DNA of 63,910 bases, the filler included, from Neoconidiobolus thromboides FSU 785 (lineage: Eukaryota > Fungi > Entomophthoromycota), in assembly GCA_025603075.1 (NCBI GenBank). It is 6 parts of 6 records of this genome, joined end to end, with 100 filler letters (N's around TTAATTAATTAA, not from the genome) between each part and the next. Parts side by side here need not be neighbours in the genome. Positions count along the whole stretch, not along the records: positions 23,669 to 44,820 come from MU626545.1; 5 more parts are not named here. One strand, 5' to 3'. A program made the translations under genes and the position numbers. Shown piece after piece: positions 26,816 through 36,807 of this stretch (position 1 is its first letter; the number at the start of each line of letters is the position of its first letter). The notes under the pieces are model-generated. The model was not told the origin of the DNA. It did no database searches and saw nothing but the letters and a program-made list of their open reading frames with translations.

Positions 26816-27617
26816 ATGATGATAGCTAATAATAATAGTAGTAGTAGTGATGAGAGTATAATACCACCGTTAAATAAGATGGCTTCTATGTCTTCAATGA
26901 AGTTTTACAATGAAAACTTAAATGAAACATTAGCCATCTGTTATTTAAAACGTGCTAACGAATCTAGTCACCATCGTTATTGTTACTCACGTAAGTAGAA
27001 AAATAAATCATTTGGTTAGTTCAAGATATCAATGTATCTAATATTTATTAATAGTCGCGGACGCAGTACCGTGGTGGGTTTGACGTGACTACTATTGACC
27101 AAATTCCACCGGATGAAACTCAAGAGTTAGCTAAGCCATCGATTGCTAAGTTAGGTAAATCCTTGGCCAAAATGATACTCCCAAAGATTTCACCTGACGC
27201 TTATTTAACCATTATCTCTCGATCCAATGACCAATTACGCCCCAACCTTTGGTCTGGTTTTACTACCAATTCTACCCTCTTCTTTCAACCACCTTGCTTT
27301 GATACTTGGGCGGATGAAGACTTTCGTACTTGGTAAATTATTTATAGGTGAAGTATTAATGGACTAATTAGGATTTTTAGTATCACCGCCATTTTAGAAT
27401 TAGCAGAAAACCAATTGAATTGTGAAAAGATTGTGGTTTGTGTGCATAAAGACTCGCCTGATATTGGTAAGTTTTTATTTATAGCATTTTAATTTTAATA
27501 ATTTAATATTTTTTAGCTGATCTTATTAAGGCCCTTTTTTATGTTGGTTTTCAATCTGTTCATCCTAGCGTCTATAATCAATCTAAAGAGTATCTTTTGA
27601 TTAGTTATGCCCTTTGA
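26816..27617 (+). CDS. OAZ1: Ornithine decarboxylase antizyme, decoded by a +1 programmed frameshift; 4 exons
   Basis: Introns 26991-27054, 27333-27380 (or -27371) and 27467-27516. ORF1 ends ...YCYSLADAVPWWV-TGA(27081-83). The +1 frame gives DVTTID...ITAILELAENQLNCEKIVVCVHKD...LIKALFYVGFQSVHP...YLLISYAL*, a typical antizyme C-terminus. Confidence 0.92.
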
Positions 27618-27940
27618 GTTGTTCATTACGATGGAATTTTAATCTTTTTATTTCTTTATCTTGCTTCTTTTTCAAAGCTTATATTAAAGTCATCTTTTAT
27701 CTAAATTTTTTTTTTGAAGCTTATCAAATTTTTAGATCTTTTTTTTTTTATCAGATTCGTTTTGAAACTTTAAAATAAAAAAATGCTTTTTTAGAAGTAT
27801 AGTTTATTATTAAAATGATTGAAAATAACATCAAACAAAAATATTTTATTTACTAAAAATATACAAAGTTAATTTTATAAATAATAAAAAATACAAGTTT
27901 AAAATTTCCATCCCAATCTAGTTCCCAATTCTCCCCATTT

Positions 27941-29083
27941 TCACTGTCTTAGATTTAAATTCATGTTAAAATTCAACCCTTGATTTATAGCTAACGGTGG
28001 GGGTAATTGTAATTCATTACTATTTCCAGCTTCTTCTATTGAAAACTGATGATATTGATTATTCGAATTATCTCCACTTAAAAAATATGAATTAGCATTA
28101 GAGATGGGTAATGGAATCGAATTCAAACTCGGTAATGAAAGTGAATTAAAGCCCACCGCATTAAAATATTTATTATTTGCTGATGATGAAGATGAGATAG
28201 TATTAGATGGTGGTAACCGGTTACTTGATGAATTAAAACCAAATGTAGTATATTGTTTATAAGCACTAATAGTAGTTGATTCTGGATAATACATTGGCTT
28301 ATTTGAAATTGATTGTGGTGGAAGTGAAAGTGGAAGCTGTGATAGATTAGGTAAAAAAGTAGTCATACTTTTGTTTATATTGGTGTTGTTATTAAAATCA
28401 TTGTTATTATTATCATTATTAATAACAGTACTTTGACTATGACTTTGGGTAAAATTCTTACTCATCACTCTACTTTTTTTCATAAGTAATTCCGTACTCG
28501 TTTTAAAATATTTAGGAATAAGGTGATAAAAATAAGCCCTTGAAATATCAATTAGACCCTTCTGTTTTAACTCAAGATAAATTCGACTTTTTGGCTTTAA
28601 TAAAAAATAACATGGAACTTTTTCACCATTCCAAGAACATTTTTTTTTTAAATTTAATTCTGATTGTTTAATCATATATTCTAATACTTTTTTATCCAAT
28701 ATTTTAACACCTTTTTTTTTCTTTTTGATTACATTTGTGCTACTTATTGAAGTAGAATATCTTTTTTCTTTTTGAATTTTAATAGCCGAAGTATATTGTC
28801 CATTAGAAAACTCAAATCCCAAAGTGTTTAATTGATTTCGTGAAAATAAGCCAGCTACTAAGGCTAGGATATTACTTTTATATTTGCTTTGATTTTGACT
28901 ATGTAATTCATATACCCTATTAACTAATTCATTTAACATCAATACTGATTTTTCAAAATTTAATTTGGGTAATATTGTCATTATGTTTTCAATTCTTGGC
29001 TTCACTTTCTTAATAGGTTTGGAAAGTGTTGGTGCTATAGCCTTGGGATTATTGTTAGGTTGAGCTATAATTGTATTTTCCAT
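27941..29083 (-). CDS. Putative DNA-binding protein derived from a transposase N-terminus, with low-complexity N/S/P tail (ORF A)
   Basis: First ATG at 29083 (the track start 29134 is TTG). NILALVAGLFSRNQLNTLGFEFSNGQY and ISRAYFYHLIPKYFK align with the transposase at 57864-58200. Confidence 0.7.
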   Translation of the reverse strand: MENTIIAQPNNNPKAIAPTLSKPIKKVKPRIENIMTILPKLNFEKSVLMLNELVNRVYELHSQNQSKYKSNILALVAGLFSRNQLNTLGFEFSNGQYTSAIKIQKEKRYSTSISSTNVIKKKKKGVKILDKKVLEYMIKQSELNLKKKCSWNGEKVPCYFLLKPKSRIYLELKQKGLIDISRAYFYHLIPKYFKTSTELLMKKSRVMSKNFTQSHSQSTVINNDNNNNDFNNNTNINKSMTTFLPNLSQLPLSLPPQSISNKPMYYPESTTISAYKQYTTFGFNSSSNRLPPSNTISSSSSANNKYFNAVGFNSLSLPSLNSIPLPISNANSYFLSGDNSNNQYHQFSIEEAGNSNELQLPPPLAINQGLNFNMNLNLRQ

Positions 29084-29230
29084 TATTGAAATTAAATTGT
29101 TGAAACTGAAAGAATAAAATTGAACTGTGCTCAAAATAAATAAAAATAGAGTTGTTTAAAAAATTATGCTTAAAATTGGACACCCTCTTTGCAAATTATG
29201 AAATTTAATTGGTTGCTTCATCTGAATTTG

Positions 29231-30793
29231 TCATCTTTGTTGGTGTAATGAAGTGTTAATAATATTTATATTATTAATAGTAGAAATAATTTCATTATTA
29301 TTATTATTATTATTATTACTGTTATTATTATTATTAGTAATAACATCAGTAGTGATAATATCGTTATTACTTGAAACTATAGAATTAGATTGATTCTTAT
29401 TGTTATTTTCATTATTGATAATGGTAGTACTAGTATTAGTTGAATTAATATTATTTCTATTATCATTATTACTAGTTAAAATCATAGGAGTAATAACATT
29501 ATAATTATTATCATTAACAACACTATTATATTCTCTTACTGAATTGGAATATTTTAATAGTACTAATTTTTTAAATAAACAATTCTCAATTTTTTGCTTC
29601 TTATTTAATGTATCATCACTATCTACATCCAACCCAAAACTTGCTTCCTTGTTCATTGAACTATTTTCTCTTTTATTTAATAACAATTTTTTTTCTTTAT
29701 TCTGCTTAATTTCAATCTCAAAAACAAATTCCTTTTCAGCCTGAATTTTCTTTGCTTGTGTATATTGAGCATTAGAAAACTCAAAACCTAATTGATTTAG
29801 TTGATTTCTTTTAAAACTATCCGCTAACAAAGCCAAAAAACTAGCTTTAAATATCATCTTACATTGACAATGAAATTGATAAACTCGGTCCACTACACCT
29901 TCAATTAATTTGATTATTTTTTCAATATCTAATCGATCAATAATTTCCGCCACATTTTTCAATGTATCTTTCTTTTTTTTGATTTTATTACTTTGATGAG
30001 ATTGATATTCTATATATTTTTTATCTAAAGCAATTTTTTTAGCTTCGGTATATTGATAATTGGAAAATTCAAACCCTAAGTCAACTAGTTGAGTTCTAGA
30101 AAATAAACCCGCAACTAACGAGAGAATATTACTTTTAAATATCGTTTGGGAATGAAAAGTATGAATTCGGATTAATATTGAATTTAAGATAGTAAGCGAT
30201 TTTCCAAGATTTAGAGATGGAAAGATGTTTAATATATTTTCTTCTCGATTTCGATTACCACGACGTTTACGTTTAGTAGGGGATTTTAGAGTTATCAATT
30301 GATCGATATTGAGTGTTTGGGTTGAGTTGGGAAATTCTGAATTATTATTAGGTGGGTCAACTTGATTTATTGTTTCTGTTTCTGCAATTGAGTTATTAGT
30401 CATGATTTTTCGAAGTATTTCTGTTGTAGAATTGAGTTGATAAGATTGATTTGATATCTCTTTTTCTTGGAATCTATTTTTTATTATATTTGTTGAAGTT
30501 GTTTCAACTATATCAGCAGTTTGCTCAGGTTGATCCGATATTTCTGTTTCTTCGGTTGTGTTGGTTATTGTAATTTTTGAAGGCACTTTTGTTGTTTCAT
30601 TACTTTTCTCATTCCCATTTACTAAGGTTATTTCTTGAATTATATTAATTGTTGGGGGGACCTCTGTTATATCGTTGGATTTATTGATTTCCTCTGTTAT
30701 CTCTGTTTCTTTGATTGCTCCATTAGCTTGTTTAGATTGACCTGTTAATTCTAATGCTATATCTGGATTGTCGATTGTGATTGAAGTATCCAT
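29231..30793 (-). CDS. Paralogue of ORF A with two copies of the LVAGLFSR/GFEFSNxQY motif (ORF B)
   Basis: Intact 520-aa ORF with a T/E/N-rich N-terminus, NLS-like PTKRKRR, a duplicated motif and a poly-Asn tail. Confidence 0.75.
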   Translation of the reverse strand: MDTSITIDNPDIALELTGQSKQANGAIKETEITEEINKSNDITEVPPTINIIQEITLVNGNEKSNETTKVPSKITITNTTEETEISDQPEQTADIVETTSTNIIKNRFQEKEISNQSYQLNSTTEILRKIMTNNSIAETETINQVDPPNNNSEFPNSTQTLNIDQLITLKSPTKRKRRGNRNREENILNIFPSLNLGKSLTILNSILIRIHTFHSQTIFKSNILSLVAGLFSRTQLVDLGFEFSNYQYTEAKKIALDKKYIEYQSHQSNKIKKKKDTLKNVAEIIDRLDIEKIIKLIEGVVDRVYQFHCQCKMIFKASFLALLADSFKRNQLNQLGFEFSNAQYTQAKKIQAEKEFVFEIEIKQNKEKKLLLNKRENSSMNKEASFGLDVDSDDTLNKKQKIENCLFKKLVLLKYSNSVREYNSVVNDNNYNVITPMILTSNNDNRNNINSTNTSTTIINNENNNKNQSNSIVSSNNDIITTDVITNNNNNSNNNNNNNNEIISTINNINIINTSLHQQR

Positions 30794-31220
30794 TCCTCAT
30801 AAAATTCGTTATTATATGTTATATTGTTTTTTTACAATTAAAAAATTAGAAAATTAAAAAGAGATGAATAAAAATCTTAATTCCTTTAAAATATTGAATG
30901 AGATTCTATATCATGTTTTTAGTATGAATTGAAGATTAGCTTTTGATAATTTTCAAAAGAAATGCATCTAAAGTTATAAAAGGACAAAACGTTAATAAAA
31001 ATAAGTTTATTTTGAGTTAATATTAAATTGATTATAAATGTATATAAACTATATTCACTTTAATTAAATGACATTACAACTAATCATCACTTTTTAATAA
31101 CTGAATATTATTGGTTCTGAGAAAGTTAATGAGTAATCAAAAAAGTAGTAAAAGCAATATGTAAAAAGATTAAAACAACTTTTTTATTATTATTATTATT
31201 TTCAATAAATAGTAAAAAAG

Positions 31221-32992
31221 ATGCCATCTATAACACAAATAATTATTCTAGGTTTAATAATACGATTGAGTTTAATTGTATTATTTCCTGACTTTTGTAT
31301 TTTATTAAAAAATAGAATTGAATTAATAACCCCAATTACGGATTTTGAATCAAGTGAGATTTTTGATTATTAATTTATTTAACTTATTAATATTTATTAT
31401 TTTATTATTACTATTATTCTTTAGTTAAAGAGGGTTTATTTTTATTAAAATATTCGATACCTCCTTATAAAGGCGGATTATTAAGACAAGTAATTAATAT
31501 TTGATAATAATTTTAATTAATTTTAATTATATTTTCTCTCAAATAGAACCCTATCATCTTGTTATTATTACAACCAGTGATTAATCTTCATCCTATTATT
31601 ATTCAACTTTATTATATCTCTATTGATACTATCTTATGTCTATTATACTACAAAATAGGCCAATTATATAAGAAACGAAAAGAAAGTTATGAACTTCGAA
31701 ATGAAAAGGGAGAAGTAAAAACCCAAGTTTGGAAAATTGAACCAGAATTATTAGGATTAGTTTATTACTTAAATCCGTTAACTGTATTATCTTGTATGTC
31801 ATTGTCAACAGCTATTTTTAATCATTTCTTCTTATTGTTAGCTATTACGTTTGCTGTTAATTGTAAGTTTTAATTATTTAGTTGAAGGAGGATTGTACTA
31901 AGTTTAGTTTATTTTTTTAGACAATATTTTACTATCAACATTGTTTCTTTCATTATCATCGATGATTTCTTTTTATCCTATTATATTAATTATACCAATT
32001 CATTTATTGACAAGTGGTAAGGAAAATAGAAAGAAATGGGTAAGTTTGAATATATTATATTTAATTATATTTAATTATATTTAATTATTTTATTCTATTT
32101 TTATTTTAGTTGTACATAATTAAAACAATTTATTTTGTAATACAATGGTTGGTAGTAATTAATTTTATTATCTATTATAATTTTAATAATTGGGATTATT
32201 TAAAAAATTCGATTGGGACAATGTAAGTTATATATATACATAAAATGTAACAATATAATATAATAATATTTTTGTTGACTTTACTTTATTAATAATTATT
32301 CTTAACTTTTAGTTTCTTTGTTAAAGATTTAACCCCAAATCTTGGCTTATATTGGTATTTCTTCATTGAAATGTTTGAACAATTTCGAATGTATTTTACA
32401 ATTGCATTTCAATTTTTTAATTTTGGGTTTATATTGCCAATTACTTTTAAATTTTAGTAAGTTTATTTATTTTATATTAACTTGTTTACTAATTAATTAT
32501 TTTTTATTTCATATTTTTTAGTAATCAGCCCATGTTTGTTTTATTATTACAATTAATTATTAATTCGATATTCAAATCGTATCCTTCTATTGCTGATTTA
32601 TGTTTTTATTTACCATTTTTAATATTATTTAAAGATTTATTAAAATGTAAGTTAATATTTATTTAATTAGTAATAACAATACAAAATATAAAATATAAAA
32701 TATAAAATATAAAATATAATTACTAATCTTATTTATATTATTATTTATTATAGATTTAACTCAAATCAAGGTTATAAGCTTAACAATAATAATAAGTCTG
32801 TTGTTTTCGCCTATATTATGGTTAGGATGGATTGAATCTCATACTGCTAATGCTAATTTCTATTATGGAGTTACTATTGCTTATTCAATTGCTCAATGTT
32901 TTTTAGTATCGGATATTTTATTAGCTTATAGAAAGTTTGAGTTTGTAAATTTTTATAATAATTTAAAAGAAAAGAAATTATTATTTAAATAA
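31221..32992 (+). CDS. GAB1: GPI transamidase subunit PIG-U/Gab1, many introns
   Basis: ELITPITDFES...EGLFLL...PYKGG; YYLNPLTVLSC; LTPNLGLYWYFFIEMFEQFR; NANFYYGVT. Confidence 0.9.
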
Positions 32993-33040
32993 AAATATAA
33001 TAAAACATATGATTTTTATATTTTATTTATTCTATCTATT

Positions 33041-34641
33041 TTAATGATCAGTTGTCTTTTTCTTTTTTATACCATTTTCTTCTTCTTCAGGCATTAATGT
33101 TAAATTAATAAATTTACGATGTTCAGATATACACGGTAATCTAAAATCTTTTGGAGCTAATAATAATATTAGTATGGAGATATACTTATAACTTATAAAC
33201 TTACCATCAAATTTATTAAATTCCAAATTTTCATATTGTTTAGTATCTTGTTTATTGTATTGAGTCTAAAATAAAAAGTATAAAATATTAATATCAATAT
33301 CGTTATTATTATGAACAGCTTACTTTATCTTCATTTAATTTAAAACATTGAATTTGATTATTATTATTGTTAGTTGATACAATTAATTGATTTTGATGAT
33401 CAAATGTAAATGATATTACATTATCTTCAAATTCAATTGTATCAAAATATTCAAGTTCAATATTATTATTTAATTTTAATATTACAATTTTATTTAAACT
33501 ATAATAATATAATATAATATAATAAATAAATAAATAAATAAAATATTTTATAATTTACTTTTCACATCCCGTACCAATTAATGTAAATCTCTCTTTTTCC
33601 TCAACTTCATTAAAATGATTTAATTTTATATTATTTAAATTGATATCCCCATCCTTTTCTTCTTCTTTATTAAAATATTGTTTTAATTCCAATTGATTGA
33701 TTTTAATTAATTTATTAAAATCGAATAAAATGATATTGCCATCACCCCCAACAGAAAATAACCAATTTTTATCTTGAATTTGACTAAAAATCATTTTACT
33801 TACATATGATTTATGACCAAGTAAATAGCCATGAATATTATATCCATTAGGGTATTTACTTACTCTTATTTTTTCATCTCTATCTGCAGTTAATACATAT
33901 TTATTATCTTTAGATATTAACTATAATTGTTAATAATAATAAATAAATTAATATTGATATAAATTTCAAAAACTTACAATATCCATTAATACCGAAACAT
34001 GACCAACAATAGGTTCAATTTCTTTATCTTCAGTAACTTCTTCATTCATATTAAAACTAATATTTATATTATATATAAAAATTAGTAGCTCTTATTTATT
34101 ATAATAAATTATTTAATATTACCTATAAGCATCTCCAAACTTATCCGCAATAACTACTTGATTACCAAAAATATCAAAATCTATAGCAGTAGGTCTTTTT
34201 ATTACCATTCTATTTTAGTTATATAGAAAAAAATAAAACAATTAATTTTTAAAATATAATAACAGTAATTCTCAATCCTTTACCTTTGATATTCTATCTT
34301 CCAATTTTCTGTGTTATAAACTTTAATTTGTTTGTTATCTAAAATAACCCCAACTTTGCTACCATCTTTGCTATATTTAATATCACGTACTAAATGTTCA
34401 ATACTAGGTGAATACTCTTTTGATTGTATTGATTCAATATTATTGTTATGAATTTCTTTGTCTAAAGATAAATCAATAATAATGGGATCAATGGAACTAA
34501 AGAGGGAAGAATTAGTATTTGAAAGAGATGGATGGGGGATGAAATTGATTTAACTTACTTTTCATTTAATATATATAATAAACTAATTTGGACAATGATC
34601 AATTGTGATTTTCTAGGGGAAACTAAGAGTTTATGTAACAT
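33041..34641 (-). CDS. TRM82: tRNA (guanine-N7) methyltransferase WD40 subunit Trm82/WDR4, multi-exon
   Basis: KRPTAI...ADKFGDAY; GHVSVLMD; TADRDEKIRVSKYPNGYNIHGYLLGH. ATG 34641 reconstructed across a GTAAGT...CTAAT...TAG intron. Confidence 0.85.
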
Positions 34642-34813
34642 TTTTTGAAGTTTTTCTTTCTATTTTCTGTGAAATTGATTATTTAATCAAATAAAATTGA
34701 AATGGGAGTTCTATTTTTTTATACAAAATTGAGTTTTGTATTTTATTGGTGTTCTGATGAGCTTCCGTTTTTTTCGAGTTTGAAAATGAATTAAAATTAA
34801 AAAAGTAACATTT

Positions 34814-34910
34814 GGGAATGTTTTTTTGATTGCATTATTTTTCCATTTTTTAAGCGCTATTTGAGTAGAAAAATTGTTAGTAAAATTCTTGAACATAAAA
34901 AAACATCCCT
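34814..34910 (-). mobile_element. ~99-bp MITE copy
   Basis: TSD ATTT/ATTT. Confidence 0.9.
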
Positions 34911-35578
34911 ATTTAGTTTAATCTAATTATGTTTTTTTTGAAATATTTAGAAATTTTCTATTCTTTAACATATAAAAAATGGACCAAATAAAGGAAAATG
35001 GAACTTGATGTTATGATCAATTTTAGTTGAAAAATTTTCAATTTAATTTTAATAAATTCTTGATATCTTTATTTTGAGTTTATGATCTAACTACATTCTT
35101 TATTTTTTATTTATTCTATATTAAATACTAAAATAGTCTTCAATAAATAAACATAATATAGTTATGATACTTAATATTTTTAATATCTAAATGTAAATTA
35201 ATATTTCTATTAAATATTTTAAATCATGACAATTTTATACATTTATCGAAGCAGATCTGCCCAAAAAATCAGATTAGTTTAGAAAATGTCCAATATTAGC
35301 TTCCTATTCAAACTTAGATTTATTAGAGTAATAAATGGCGGAAGAATTTCTATACAAAAGACCTTTAAATTTTCAATTTTCGGAATTTTCAAATTCTATC
35401 AAGAGTAATGAAAAGTGGACGGAAGCGGGATAAATTTTGAAGGGGAAGGGAGGGAAGAATTCAGGTAGTTAGTAAAAATTAAAAGTATATAAAGAAACAA
35501 ATTTCTTATATAAATTATTAAAAAAATATTTATTAACTATTTGTAAACAGTAGTACCTTTTGTAAATTAAAGAATCAA

Positions 35579-36025
35579 ATGAAATTGACTAGCATTGTTG
35601 GATTCACCTTATTAGCCACTGGAAGCATTGAAAGTTTCAGTTTGATTAATAAACTTAAACATGTATTTACACGTGCCCCTGATAATAGCAAATGTTTAAT
35701 TGCTAATAATCAAAAATATGGATGGGCTTATACATCTGGAAAATACCCCCCTTGTTGGATCGAAAATGGTGGTAAATATGATTGTTACGACTACAAATCA
35801 GGTACTCAATGTGATAACTGGAATGGTATGTTTGATCGCTCAAAACAAGGTGGTGGTGGTAATAAACCACCTGCAGATAGTTGTAACAGAGGTAATATGG
35901 GTACTTTATGCTATCCAGCTAAAGAAAATTGTCCTAAATGTTGGCAAAAAAATGGGAATAAATATGATTGTTATGATAAAGTTAATGGAAATAAATGTCC
36001 TTGGGGCGGAATGGTGGAAATTTAG
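35579..36025 (+). CDS. Small secreted cysteine-rich protein with two related repeats
   Basis: Signal peptide and 10 Cys; the unit PxCWxxNGxKYDCYDxxxGxxCxxxxM occurs twice, separated by GGGGNKPP. Confidence 0.8.
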   Translation: MKLTSIVGFTLLATGSIESFSLINKLKHVFTRAPDNSKCLIANNQKYGWAYTSGKYPPCWIENGGKYDCYDYKSGTQCDNWNGMFDRSKQGGGGNKPPADSCNRGNMGTLCYPAKENCPKCWQKNGNKYDCYDKVNGNKCPWGGMVEI

Positions 36026-36807
36026 ATTCTTAATAAAGGTTGAGATATTAGTTTTCTTAGTTTATTTATGATAATATTAACTTTTAAATTTAAAAAACTA
36101 AGTTAAAGAGTTATTAACGAGTGCGTTTTAGACTCTCTTGTGAAATAATTATTAATTTTTATAAATAAAAGGGAAACTTTTAAAGCGCTTTTCAACTTGA
36201 ATACATTAATTTTATTTTTTGGAGATTGAGTTATCAACTAAGACACTTTGAGAAAAGTTGTTTAAATTATGTTCATTACCATCTTTAGTTTATCAATTTT
36301 TGATTAAAAGTGGTCAACAAGGATTTAGTTTTTTCTATACTGTAAGTTTATTCCTAATTCGACTTTAAATTAGTTTACAGTTAGACAATGTAATAGCTTT
36401 GCTATAGAAGTATAATTTATGCCTGTTTAAACTATTATATAAGAGTTTTTCTTAAATATTCTAACACTGTAAAAATACCATCCTTTTGTAATTGATGTCA
36501 ATAAATAATTTTATCTTTAAAAATAAGTTTAAATAGTTCATTTTATTACTGGATAAAGGAATCTATTAAAATCTTAGTGGGGGATTTTGATATGTATAAA
36601 TATTACACTTTAAGTTATAAGGTTGTTATATTTATTTTACAACTATGGTCACTATTAAACTATTTAAGATATGATTTAGTATTAGTTGAGATCTATTATT
36701 TGCTATAGAATGAATGGTATAATTTGTTTTAATTAAAATTACGATAAATACAAAACAAAAATAGAAAAGTTATAATTTATATTAACTAAATTTATTGAAC
36801 TAGTAAA

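Noticed and set aside
27084-27180. 3' pseudoknot stimulating the antizyme frameshift
   Set aside because: I could find only a weak TTAGC/GCTAA stem by eye; a folding and covariation analysis is needed.
27085-27336. Independent GTG-initiated 83-aa gene
   Set aside because: It is the +1 frame of antizyme, entered by frameshifting and continued by splicing.
21410-32720. Microsatellites (TTTTAC)n ~21410, (ATCTATATC)3 ~24528 and (AAAATAT)n ~32684
   Set aside because: Ordinary slippage repeats in AT-rich DNA.
35700-36071. Overlapping 123-aa ORF
   Set aside because: Alternate frame of the Cys-rich gene with no coherent features.
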